Positions 1 to 10,035 of a DNA stretch of 64,000 bases are shown here, in pieces. Below the pieces are notes generated by a model, which saw only the letters and a program-made list of their open reading frames with translations, searched no databases and was not told the origin of the DNA. Position 1 is the first letter of the stretch; each line of letters opens with the position of its first letter. The stretch lies in contig JALDZS010000019.1 of NCBI GenBank assembly GCA_022813965.1, positions 124,001 through 188,000 of the forward strand. The letters run 5' to 3'. A program made the position numbers and the translations under genes. This stretch comes from Toensbergia leucococca (lineage: Eukaryota).

Positions 1-99
1 ACTTCGATTTTCTCACGATGAAATTCCGAAACATGAGCCCCAAAACCAAGTAACGGTATCTTCTTACTAACGTCCCCCATCCTACCGATCTCCCCATAA

Positions 100-960
100 C
101 TAACCCTCACCCCCAAACCTCCTCTCTACCTCCGCCACCAAGTCCTCCGCCCCACTCCCCCCCTCGCAATCCTTCCACGCCCCCCCATCCCTAACACACC
201 ACACATCCCCCCCCACCCTAACAGTACAACTCCTCTTCACCCCCGCCTCCGCACTCCTCTCCACGCTCTCCCTCAGCAAATCCATCCCCTTCCCCTCTTC
301 GCTCACACACGCATTCAGCTGCTCAAAGTCAACCCCGTGTTCTAGCGCGCAGTCCTCGACGAGGGAGCGCTCGGGGATGCGGTCGTAGGAGGAGATGAGG
401 CAGGTGGTGAAGCCGAGGGAGATTTTGGCGGAGGGGTAGAGGATCGTGGCGCAGAGGGATAAGATGTTGCCAAGGCATTCGGTCGGGCCGTGCATGCAGG
501 TTATTGAGTCGTCTGAGGAGATTCTTTGGGGGCATAGACGAGTCAGATGGGTTTTGGGAGTATTTCTTAAGAGGGTAGGCGAGACGTACGTGCTAATGAA
601 GGAGAGTCGGAAGTCGACTTTGTCGACGACTTTTTCCATGGCAGGCACGACGAGCTGGCGCAAGCAGTCGCGCGCGTCGGGGCATTTGGACATGATGTGT
701 GCTTCTAGGGGGACAAGGGTGGCGTTTTTGGTTGGGGCGGGGGTGGATTTAGGAGGTGAGGTCGGAAGGAGTGGGTTTGAGGGGGTGAAAGGGTGGATGT
801 GGGAGAGAAGGAAAGAGGTGAGTAGGAGGAAGGGGAGGATGGCTAGGAGGAGGAGGCGTCGGCGGATGGGTGGGGGGATCATGGAGCTTTGGAGTGGCGA
901 TTGGTGGGTTTGCGGGTGGTGTTTGAGAAGAGGGGAGTGGAAAGGGAGCTTTTCGTCCAT
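100..960 (-). CDS. GILT-family (gamma-interferon-inducible lysosomal thiol reductase-like) protein
   Basis: Likely start MDEKLP at 960, followed by a hydrophobic anchor (LLLLAILPFLLL). Contains LEAHIMSKCPDARDC and CMHGPTECLGN motifs typical of fungal GILT proteins. Intron 589..524 (GTACGT...CTGAC...AAG, 66 nt). Confidence 0.85.
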   Translation of the reverse strand: MDEKLPFHSPLLKHHPQTHQSPLQSSMIPPPIRRRLLLLAILPFLLLTSFLLSHIHPFTPSNPLLPTSPPKSTPAPTKNATLVPLEAHIMSKCPDARDCLRQLVVPAMEKVVDKVDFRLSFISTYVSPTLLRNTPKTHLTRLCPQRISSDDSITCMHGPTECLGNILSLCATILYPSAKISLGFTTCLISSYDRIPERSLVEDCALEHGVDFEQLNACVSEEGKGMDLLRESVERSAEAGVKRSCTVRVGGDVWCVRDGGAWKDCEGGSGAEDLVAEVERRFGGEG

Positions 961-2687
961 TTTTGTGAGAGTTGTGAGGTTTGAAATGGATCTAAGGTAG
1001 GTGCTGGTGATGCGGTCGAGGGGTCGTCGTCGAGTGCGGGAGACAGGGGTCTGGGACGATTTCATTGGCGGTGTGCCGCTCCAGCCACATCTCTCGGCGA
1101 CATGCAATCATTACTTTTTCTTCACATTTTCTGGAGCTCTGGGACTTGCATCTGACGTGCAGATAGCTGTTCTATCCATGCGATTCAAGAAGTGTACCTG
1201 ATTCTTCGTTTTCATATTTGTCATCATTCCTTGCTTCCACTGCACCCAATACGATACCTCTTTCAATGCAAACCTGTTCAGCCGTGGTCTTCATTTCTGT
1301 TCCTGATCTCTGCCCGTTCTGTGGAATCTCGGATTCTCTTCTGCAGTCCCTCAAAAGTTCGATGGAACATGATTAGGCCCAAGTTCTCTACAGCAGAAAA
1401 GGGACCATAAAATGTTTCTCTTTTGGGCAAAACATGTTCTCTTTGGGAAAAACCTCTTTGTCTTCGAAACAGAGTGTGTTTCCTGTAAATTAAAACGTTC
1501 CTTCGGGTAGGTTCCTAAGTATCAAAAGGGGGTATTAGTAGCCAACACATACCTGACCGCCCCGATCAGTTGGCCTTTGCGTTTGCACATCTAGTTTCAT
1601 TTGATATTTTACTACATCGCTCAGCTAAGCGATGAGTGATCTAATGCTCCCGCATGATCCAAAAGTGCAGTCTTTTCCAAGGTCAGTCATCGTTCTATAG
1701 CGTTTATCAGAGTGCTTCTCTTCGTCTTGCGATATTAAAATATGAAGTCATTGACAATCTTGAGTAAGGTACCTTAATGAGACGTACCACTGTTAGGAAC
1801 GGCGTATTAGACGCTTTGCAATTTGATCAAATCGCGGGCATGCGAATTTGCACATCAACTACTCACATGCGCTGGGAAGGTATGAGCTACTTTCCTACAA
1901 TCCTTGATTTTAAATCTGCGGCATTGATAATGCTCGTGGTCATTACTTGGTCCAAGTATCCCAAAGATCGCCATTATGACTACTTCCCCCCCCTCAAGCA
2001 CCAAAACATCGTCAAGTCAACCTAGCTCACAGTTCTTTGAATTAGCTTCAGATGAGGCCGAGGGCTTTAGCATCTGGCCATCATACTATTCGTCTCTACT
2101 GTTTAAGACTTTACCACATTTGTTTTCATCATGCGTCCGCTACGATCCTCAAGCCTCGGCATGGAAAGTCAGATATTTCGTGATTATATCAAAAGATTCG
2201 ATATTTGATTGGAGCATGCTGTACTGGTATTGAAGATGCCTTGGCTCAGAGCACGTGTTTCTTGGTATTGGCTTTCTTAGCTTGAATCATCCAATCAGTC
2301 GAAATGAAAGAAGTTTTGACTTTGTCCTGAGGCTACCTTTGACGGATCAAGACTACACTATCGAAGCTGCTCTTGGTCTCCACCTTCCACAAACATCCAC
2401 TGACTCTCAAGCTCACATCTTGCACGAGCTGCTTCCAAGCACTTTCTTGATATGCAGCTGTTTCATTGGACAAAATAGACTCATACTGCCCTGGGCTCGT
2501 TGAGGTCCCCGCCATGGCTAAATCCTACCGTCTCAACGTTTCTAGCGATGATGAAATACCAAGTCAGTCTTCAGCTTCATTGCGGCTCCTCAGCTATATA
2601 GATTACACCACATAACCTAGGATTCTAGTTAATCTCTCGCATTTCTGTAACTCTTCCACTCGTTCAGTCCCAATTTCTGTCGTTATC

Positions 2688-5600
2688 ATGAAGAATTTTT
2701 TCTTCGTTAACGCCAAAGCGCAGGCCGTGGTGGCTTTTGTAGCCTTAGGTCCATGGAATCCTATCCTAGGTGCACTGGCTCTCCCAGCTGCCTCGGGTAA
2801 TACTTCAACAGTGCGACCTATCGCGCGGCGTAATCTCACAGATCCCGAATATACGACGGCGGTATGGCCTATCTCTGCAGGCTGGAGCTGGAGTGTACCG
2901 GAGCCCGTCACGGTCACATCTGTTGTGTCGGATACGGTCACCTCTATATTGTCGGATACAGTCACCTCAACAGTGTCGAATTGCAGCTCGTGCTCGGCTC
3001 AGGAAGTTACGAGTAGCTTGTCAACGTCGGACTATGTGACCAGTGTTTGGACAACAGCGAGCACAGCCCTCTTGACCACTAGTAGTTGGGAATCTTCAAC
3101 TACAGCTCCCTACATTACAAGCAATACAACCGTTGCGTCCTCTTGGACTACTGGTGTATGGACAACTCCGAGCCCAGTATTCTTGACCTCTAAAGTTTGG
3201 GAATCCTCGACTACAGCCCCTTACGCTACAAGCAATACATCCGTCGAGTCTTCTTCGACTGTTAGTGTATGGACAACACCAAGCTTAGTATCCTCGACCA
3301 CCAACGTTTGGGAATCCTCGTCCACGTCTCCCTCCATCATAAGTAATACGAGCGTTACACCCCCACGGACTACTGGTACTTGGAAAACTGCAAGCCAAGT
3401 CTCCCGGACTTCAAGTGTGATGCAATCTTCGGCCTCGTCTCACTATTCGAGTTTCAGCTCAACTGCCGTACTCTCTTCGAGTACTAGTATCTTGATGTCC
3501 TCAACGCCATCTCAATATACCAGCAAATCGATAAATGCATCCTCGTGGAAAACAGGAGTTACAAGCCCATCTTCCTACCCAGTCTGGAACTCGACGACTA
3601 TTCCGACATCTATTGTCACTGGGGTGGTGCAGTCTACGTCCTTGGTTCCCTACCCGATTATGAATTCAACGACCATACCACATTCGGTCAGTGCCGGGAT
3701 CGTTCAATCTACATCCTCAGTTCCTTACCCAGCTCGAAATTCGACGACTATGCCAACATCTATCATGACTGGGATGGTTCAGTCTACGTCCTCTACTCCT
3801 TACCCAGTCATGAACTCGACTGCCACGCCACATAGTACTGGAATGGGTCAATCTACGTCCTCAGCTCCTTATCCGATCCACAATTCTACGACTATGCCAA
3901 CACCTCTCATCACTGGGGGGGTTCAGTCTACACCCCCAGCTCCTTACCCAGTCATGAATTTGACCGCCACGACACAGTCGATTGTCACTGGGACAGTAGA
4001 ATTCAGCTCCTCAGCTCCTTACCCGATGAATAGCACGACGACTGTGCTGGCGTCTATTACTGGTATAGTGCAAACCACCTCATCAGCTCCTTACTCGATC
4101 AATAACACAACGACTGTACCAACGTCTATTATTACTGGGACCGCACAATCTAGCTCCTCGGCTTCTTACCCGATCAACAACACGACGGGCATACCGGCGT
4201 CTGTCTCCACTGGGGTGGTACGATCAACGCCCTCGCCCCCCTACCCCACTAGCAACTCAACAATTGTGTCAAGCTCCATTTTCACCGGGGCGGTCAGATC
4301 CACGGCCTCAGTCCCCTTCTCAATTGTCAACTCGACTACATCGCGGTCTACTGGGACTGGAATGGTTCAATCTACATCCTCAACTCCCTATCCTCTCAAA
4401 AACTCAACAACCGTGTCGAGCTCTATTGCCACCGGTGTTGTGAGATCTACATCATCAGCCCCCTACCCAATCACCAACTCCACGATAACAAATTCTTTCC
4501 TCACAGGAAATACGGGATCCATAATCTCAACTGTACTGCAGTCCGTTAGCACAAGTATCACAGAAGATACGACCTCAACAACCCAATCTTTGAGCAACTC
4601 AACCGTTTCGAGATCCAGCATCACCGGAATAACGAGCTCCACCATTTCAGGGTCTATAAACACGGGTGTTATGACAATTACCGTATCGGGGTCTATAGGA
4701 ACGAGTGTCGCGACATTCACAATGTCGGAGTCTACTTCCACCGGCGTTGTGAGATCCAGAATTTCACCTTCTTATACATGGAGTAACTCGACCGTATCAA
4801 GCCCCATAAGCACAGGTGTTGCGACATATACTGTATCGGGGTCTATAGCTACCAGTCTCGCGATATCCACAATGTCAGAATCTCCCGCCACCGGCTCTGT
4901 GGGATCTATAATGTCAGCTTCTCACACATGGAGTAATTCGACCGGATCAAGGTCCATCATTTCGGTCTCTACTGGCCTTATGAAATCTACCGTATCAGAG
5001 TTTACTATCACTGGGGTTATGACGTCTGCATTGCCAGAATCCGTGATTATCAGCGTTGTAAGATCGACTATGCCGGAATCGGATGTCAGTAGTTTCGTAG
5101 AAACCACAGGCTTAAGCTCCCTTTCTATGGGCGCAACGACTATACCCACTATCACCGAATCAGCCACGAAAACCCCTCTTGCGCCGGGGCATGGAAAGAA
5201 TCCGTACACCATCAGAAACTCTACCGTCTCCGCAGGTCCCACAATCACAGAAGTACCATCAAGTAGCATGGAAACCGCAACTACAGAGGTAGGATCTAGC
5301 CACGGTGGGGAGTCCGCAAATTCCCAATCCAGCAGCATTATGAAAACCACGAATACTCCTTTTGTGCCGGGAACCTTATCACGCCCATACACCATGAGCA
5401 ACTCGACCAATTTAGCATCTCACACAGGCCAAACAGGCCAAACAGGCCCCACAGGTCCCACAGGTCCCACAGGTACAGGATTGATTCCTAACAGAAGCAG
5501 TCAATCAATCATGCAAAGCAGTCTGATCGGTAGCAGCTCAGCACCGACAACTTTCCCAAACACCCAGAGCTCATCCTCTCACATGGTTGGCACCCATACT

Positions 5601-8600
5601 CCCATGATTCCGGGTCAACTAAATGCCCCGTATACCAATACGACAGAAATATCAAGCTCTACAAGCGTCGGTACGGCTACGATAACCACAACGATTATCA
5701 TCTCGTGTCCTTTCTGCTCAGGCGGTAGTACAAGTGTCATTGTTCCCGCCAACGCTGCATCCTCCATTGAGTCACAAGCTGGCGCAAGCGGATTGAGTGC
5801 TGGGCAGTCTGCTGCCTCGGTCGCTTTGTCCCCAGCCTCGTCTCTTACAACAGTTTTCCTCCCTTGCCCAACGTGCCCAGAAGGCGGCACTAGCTTTGTC
5901 GTTCCTAAGGCTGTTTTGCCCTCTATTGAACAACAGGCTGCCGCCAGCAGTCTAAGTGCAGCTGCATCTTTTGCCTCGAGTGCTCTGTCCGCTGGCCCAT
6001 CTATAACCACAGTGCAATTCCCTTGTCCAACGTGTCCAGAAGGCAGCACTAGCTTTGTCGTTCGTAAGGCTTCTCTATCCTCTATTGAACAACAGGCTGC
6101 GGTTAGCAGTGTGAGCGCAGCTGCATCTGTTGCCACAAATGCTCTATCCACCGGCTCATCTATGGCGACAGTATTTCTCCCTTGCCCGACGTGCCCAGGA
6201 GGCAGCACTAGTTTTGCTGTTCGCTCAGCCGCTGTACTCTCGGTTGGGTCACAAGCCAGCGCCGCAAGCCTGAGCGCAGCCCAGTCTGCTGCCTCTGCTG
6301 CCCTTACCGCCAGCTCATTAGTCACGACTCTAAACGTTCCTTGCCGATCGTGCCCGGGAGGTAATACCGCCTTAGTTGTTCCCACTGGCGCTGCATCATC
6401 TGTACAACAAATTGGCATGTCAAGCGGTTTGAGTGCAGCTCAATTTGCTGCCTCAACGGCGCTTTCAGAAGGTCCGGGAATTGCGACTATAACTGTTCCA
6501 TGTCAATCTTGCCACGGAGGTAGTACTACCTTCGTGGCTCCCATTGGTGCTGTGGCATCAGTACACGAAGCTGGGGCATCAGGCGGTCTGAGTGCTGCCC
6601 AATCTGCGGCGTCCGTCGCACTTTCTGAGGGTCCGGATGTCACGACTATGACTGCTCCATGTCAATCTTGCAACGGAGGAAGTACTGTCTTCGTAGCTCC
6701 CACCAGCGCTGTGGCTTCAGCACTCGAAGCTGGCGCATCAAGTGGTCTTAGTGCTGCAAAATCTGCTGCGTCCGTCGCACTCTCAGAAGGCCCAGAAGTC
6801 ACAAGTATAACTGCGTATTGTCAATCCTGTCAAGGAGAGAGTACAGTCTTCGTTGCTCCTACTAGTGCTGTGTCCTCGATGCAGGAAGTTGCTGCCCTAA
6901 GCGCTCTAATTGCAGCACGATCTGCGATGTCTCTCGTTATGTCTGTCGCAGCCTTGGAACCCTCATCGACCACCACCATTACTATTCCGTGCAAGCTCTG
7001 CGCAGGGGGCAGTACTGCTTTTGCTGTTCCTACTAATGCTGCCTCATCTATACAGCAAGTTGGCGTGTCAAGTGGCGCCGAAGCAGCTCAGTCTGCTGCC
7101 TCAGCTGCCTTTTCACAAAGCGTAGAGACTGTCACCGTTTCTATCCCTTGCCCTAATTATTCAGCTGGCATCACAGGCGTAGTTGCTCCAGCCAGTGCAG
7201 CTTCTTCCGTTCAAACAATTGCTGCATCGGTCGCGCTTAGCGTGGCTCAAAGTGCTGCTGCTAAAGCTCTTTCTCAAGCTGCGCCGGCAAGTTTGCCTTT
7301 TCCTGGGTTTGCAACACCTACCGCTGGATTTACAGGTCATCCTACTGGTTTTATGGGCCCCTCTGCCGGCTCTAGGGGCATATCAGCCGGCTTCGCGATG
7401 CCCTCGGCCGGCTTCGCAATGTCCACCGGTGGCTTCGCAATGGCTTCAGGCAGTATTGCAACACCCATTGGTGGGTCTGCTATTCTATCTGCTGGTGTCA
7501 GTGTGTTCCCGACCAGTTTCATGTCCACAGCATCATTGAACACGACGTTAATGCTTCCCTCAACACCTTGTCCAACTTGTTCCTCAATTTTTACTGTTGT
7601 TGATCATAACGTCACAGAAGCTTCTAGCCGTACAAGAATTGCCGGTACGACTGTTTCAGCTGGAGGTGCCGGTGTTACAATCTTGGGCACGCCAGTGAGC
7701 TATGTCTCGTCTAATAGCCTTGCCATCAAAAGCACTACAACTGGTCCTACCACTCCATCTCCCCTGGCTTACACAGTAGCCGGCCATACTGTGACGGTAA
7801 CTTCGAGCTGTGTGATTATTGTTGGTTCCACCGTCACAGCTGGCGGACCTGGTATCACTGTCTCGGGTACCGCAATCAGTATGGCGCCTTCTGGTGACCT
7901 CATTATCGGCCAGAAGACTGTGCCTCTTCAGTCAACTGGCTCGCACAGCGCCATCTCCACTGCTATCGCTGGTGCCGAATTTACTTTGGCTCCAAGAAGT
8001 TTGCAGGACGAAAACGCCGGAGAAAACGCATTAGCCAGCCAGGCCTCTAACGATACTGAATCCAGAATACCTATTACAACACGTGAGAATGGCGCTGAAG
8101 GTGCCAAGAATACGTCAACAACAGGGGATTTCCAGAGTACGAGTACCGAATCAGCTCCGTGTTCGTCTTGTAGTGCTGAATCAAGCCATGAGATAGCTGC
8201 AGCGAGTACTCAAAGTCGTCCAAGTGTAGGCCTCTCTCAGAGCATGAGTGCTACAGCTTCTCCCGCTGCCTTTGCCACTGGTACTGCCAGCTTCAACGCC
8301 CCTGTCACGTCATCGTCCGCAGCTTTCCAAAATTCGACCACCCAAGCTACTGCCACTTCTGTACCTGGTCTCAGAAATTCTAGCTTTCACAATCCTGTAG
8401 TTGAGACTAATGCTACCTCCTCGTATGGCTCCAGTGCTGCGTTCATGCCTGGCTTCAACGCGACATCTGCGTCTGGCTCTACTACCCTTTTCGTGCCTGG
8501 CTCAACTGCCGTCTCTGCGTCTGGTTTCAATAATGCTAGCATTCAGACCGCTGGCTCAACCACTGGTTCTGAAGCAATTGTTACTTCTGCACCTGTATCT

Positions 8601-9152
8601 ATTTCCAGTAAATTTGAATTTCAAAGCGCTGGCTCCCAAACTGGATCTGAAGCATCTGCCACCCCGGAATCCGAGTCTAGCTTTAGCAACTCTAACTCCC
8701 AAACTGGATCTGAGGCATCTGCTACCCCGGAATCCGAGTCTAGCTTTAGCAACTCTGGCTCTCAAAGCGCTAGCTACCAAACTAATTCGGAAGCATCTAT
8801 TGCTTCGGCGTCAAACACTGGTTCTAACGCTGGATCTGAAGCATCTGCTACCTCTATCAGTGGCTTTAATTCTCAATCCGAAGCAACTGCCACCTCTTAT
8901 TCAAGTTCTAGCGCCGAATCCAAAGCCAGCGCTGTGTCTATGCCCAAGGCGAGCAATGCTAGCTCTTCAAGCATCAGCACAGGTATCAAGTCCAACGTCG
9001 GTGGAGTATCCGGTAGCAGCGTATCGGGAGCTATTAGCGCCACTGGCGTGTTCACGTCGTCACCGGCCGCTTTCACTGGCGGGGCGGCTTCCACTTTCCA
9101 GATTCCGGCTTATGCTTGTTCATTTCTAGCAATTATGACTTTCTTCTTCTAG
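2688..9152 (+). CDS. Very large Ser/Thr/Ala-rich secreted, probably GPI-anchored mucin/adhesin-like cell-surface protein (2154 aa)
   Basis: Uninterrupted 6.46-kb ORF with a hydrophobic N-terminus, many N-x-S/T sequons and internal repeats. C-terminal AFTGGAAS plus hydrophobic tail (ACSFLAIMTFFF*) resembles a GPI attachment signal. Confidence 0.85.
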   Translation: MKNFFFVNAKAQAVVAFVALGPWNPILGALALPAASGNTSTVRPIARRNLTDPEYTTAVWPISAGWSWSVPEPVTVTSVVSDTVTSILSDTVTSTVSNCSSCSAQEVTSSLSTSDYVTSVWTTASTALLTTSSWESSTTAPYITSNTTVASSWTTGVWTTPSPVFLTSKVWESSTTAPYATSNTSVESSSTVSVWTTPSLVSSTTNVWESSSTSPSIISNTSVTPPRTTGTWKTASQVSRTSSVMQSSASSHYSSFSSTAVLSSSTSILMSSTPSQYTSKSINASSWKTGVTSPSSYPVWNSTTIPTSIVTGVVQSTSLVPYPIMNSTTIPHSVSAGIVQSTSSVPYPARNSTTMPTSIMTGMVQSTSSTPYPVMNSTATPHSTGMGQSTSSAPYPIHNSTTMPTPLITGGVQSTPPAPYPVMNLTATTQSIVTGTVEFSSSAPYPMNSTTTVLASITGIVQTTSSAPYSINNTTTVPTSIITGTAQSSSSASYPINNTTGIPASVSTGVVRSTPSPPYPTSNSTIVSSSIFTGAVRSTASVPFSIVNSTTSRSTGTGMVQSTSSTPYPLKNSTTVSSSIATGVVRSTSSAPYPITNSTITNSFLTGNTGSIISTVLQSVSTSITEDTTSTTQSLSNSTVSRSSITGITSSTISGSINTGVMTITVSGSIGTSVATFTMSESTSTGVVRSRISPSYTWSNSTVSSPISTGVATYTVSGSIATSLAISTMSESPATGSVGSIMSASHTWSNSTGSRSIISVSTGLMKSTVSEFTITGVMTSALPESVIISVVRSTMPESDVSSFVETTGLSSLSMGATTIPTITESATKTPLAPGHGKNPYTIRNSTVSAGPTITEVPSSSMETATTEVGSSHGGESANSQSSSIMKTTNTPFVPGTLSRPYTMSNSTNLASHTGQTGQTGPTGPTGPTGTGLIPNRSSQSIMQSSLIGSSSAPTTFPNTQSSSSHMVGTHTPMIPGQLNAPYTNTTEISSSTSVGTATITTTIIISCPFCSGGSTSVIVPANAASSIESQAGASGLSAGQSAASVALSPASSLTTVFLPCPTCPEGGTSFVVPKAVLPSIEQQAAASSLSAAASFASSALSAGPSITTVQFPCPTCPEGSTSFVVRKASLSSIEQQAAVSSVSAAASVATNALSTGSSMATVFLPCPTCPGGSTSFAVRSAAVLSVGSQASAASLSAAQSAASAALTASSLVTTLNVPCRSCPGGNTALVVPTGAASSVQQIGMSSGLSAAQFAASTALSEGPGIATITVPCQSCHGGSTTFVAPIGAVASVHEAGASGGLSAAQSAASVALSEGPDVTTMTAPCQSCNGGSTVFVAPTSAVASALEAGASSGLSAAKSAASVALSEGPEVTSITAYCQSCQGESTVFVAPTSAVSSMQEVAALSALIAARSAMSLVMSVAALEPSSTTTITIPCKLCAGGSTAFAVPTNAASSIQQVGVSSGAEAAQSAASAAFSQSVETVTVSIPCPNYSAGITGVVAPASAASSVQTIAASVALSVAQSAAAKALSQAAPASLPFPGFATPTAGFTGHPTGFMGPSAGSRGISAGFAMPSAGFAMSTGGFAMASGSIATPIGGSAILSAGVSVFPTSFMSTASLNTTLMLPSTPCPTCSSIFTVVDHNVTEASSRTRIAGTTVSAGGAGVTILGTPVSYVSSNSLAIKSTTTGPTTPSPLAYTVAGHTVTVTSSCVIIVGSTVTAGGPGITVSGTAISMAPSGDLIIGQKTVPLQSTGSHSAISTAIAGAEFTLAPRSLQDENAGENALASQASNDTESRIPITTRENGAEGAKNTSTTGDFQSTSTESAPCSSCSAESSHEIAAASTQSRPSVGLSQSMSATASPAAFATGTASFNAPVTSSSAAFQNSTTQATATSVPGLRNSSFHNPVVETNATSSYGSSAAFMPGFNATSASGSTTLFVPGSTAVSASGFNNASIQTAGSTTGSEAIVTSAPVSISSKFEFQSAGSQTGSEASATPESESSFSNSNSQTGSEASATPESESSFSNSGSQSASYQTNSEASIASASNTGSNAGSEASATSISGFNSQSEATATSYSSSSAESKASAVSMPKASNASSSSISTGIKSNVGGVSGSSVSGAISATGVFTSSPAAFTGGAASTFQIPAYACSFLAIMTFFF
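3040..3400 (+). repeat. Coding tandem repeat, 111 nt (37 aa) x ~4, Trp-containing (VWTT...WESSTTAPY)
   Basis: VWTT/TWKT recurs near 3045, 3156, 3267 and 3378. Confidence 0.8.
3570..4490 (+). repeat. Coding tandem repeat, ~75 nt (25 aa) x ~13 (TG.VQSTSS.PYP..NSTT)
   Basis: PYP-x-x-N-S/T-T-T recurs about every 75 nt. Confidence 0.85.
5685..7280 (+). repeat. Coding tandem repeat, 159 nt (53 aa) x 10, with PCxxCxGGST motif
   Basis: First-Cys codons at about 5706, 5865, 6024, 6183, 6342, 6501, 6660, 6819, 6990 and 7149. Confidence 0.9.
8634..8756 (+). repeat. Near-perfect 60-nt tandem duplication (SQTGSEASATPESESSFSNS x2)
   Basis: Two nearly identical copies, with degenerate GSEASA copies on either side. 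Confidence 0.9.
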
Positions 9153-10035
9153 ACTATCTAGGTACTGTATGATGTGGATCTGATGGGTAATCTTGGTAAA
9201 GTGAAAATTAAATCGAGAGTAATTGGGTGCATATTCGGCAACAATGATTTAGTATATGTCTTGATCAAAAGCTGGGGTTCAATGTTCATGTGTACATATA
9301 CGAGGGTGTTCATGGTGCGTTGATAGAAATGCATATTTGTTTGGGCTTATCGAGTAGTTGAGAAGTAACAATTCTTTGATTTGAAAGTTGATTGAAGTGC
9401 AGTATCATGTGAAATATGAAGAATTCTTATGATGAAGTATTCTCTTTGTTGATTGCAATGACTCTGATTGACCATCGTCCATGTATTGTGGACCAATTAC
9501 CGCGTCGACTGCCTCGTGCCGCAACGATAGACCTATGTCGCACGCCATTGGTGGTTTCCTCTCTATGGATAGAATCTAGAATCCCACTATTCATGGATAA
9601 ATAGGATACTTACCCATGGATGGCGCGAACCCACAACTGACATGCAACAGATACCATCTTCATGTTTCCCGAACCACACGGGTACAATGCTGCATCCATT
9701 GACCTTTTCGCCGTCCATGGATCGAATAGTCCACTCATGGGATACGCTACATGTCCCGTGGGGTTGGTTCCATGAAACCAAGTCTTGGACCCATGTTTCA
9801 CACATGGATGGCGACGAGGTTCATAGAGGATGCATCTGGATGGGCATTCATTGGTGCTTTCTAAGAGAGGTAAGATCAAACTCCCGATCAGCAAGATCTA
9901 GAATACCTTGTGTTATGATTGGTCCTTTAGAAATCAGGCTGAGGCAATGCTTCGTGCTCGAGGCTGAGAAGAACTTCGGCGAAGACATTTCGAAAATGCT
10001 TTGCATAGGTCACCAACCCAGTACATTGGCCCAGT

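Noticed and set aside
1385..1465. Short degenerate tandem repeat (ATGTT(T)CTCTTT(T)GGG x2)
   Set aside because: Two short copies in intergenic DNA; ordinary slippage product.
4463..9129. Long antisense and alternate-frame ORFs over the mucin (e.g. 5615-6418, 8401-9129)
   Set aside because: Shadows of repetitive Ser/Thr/Ala codons with no independent signals.
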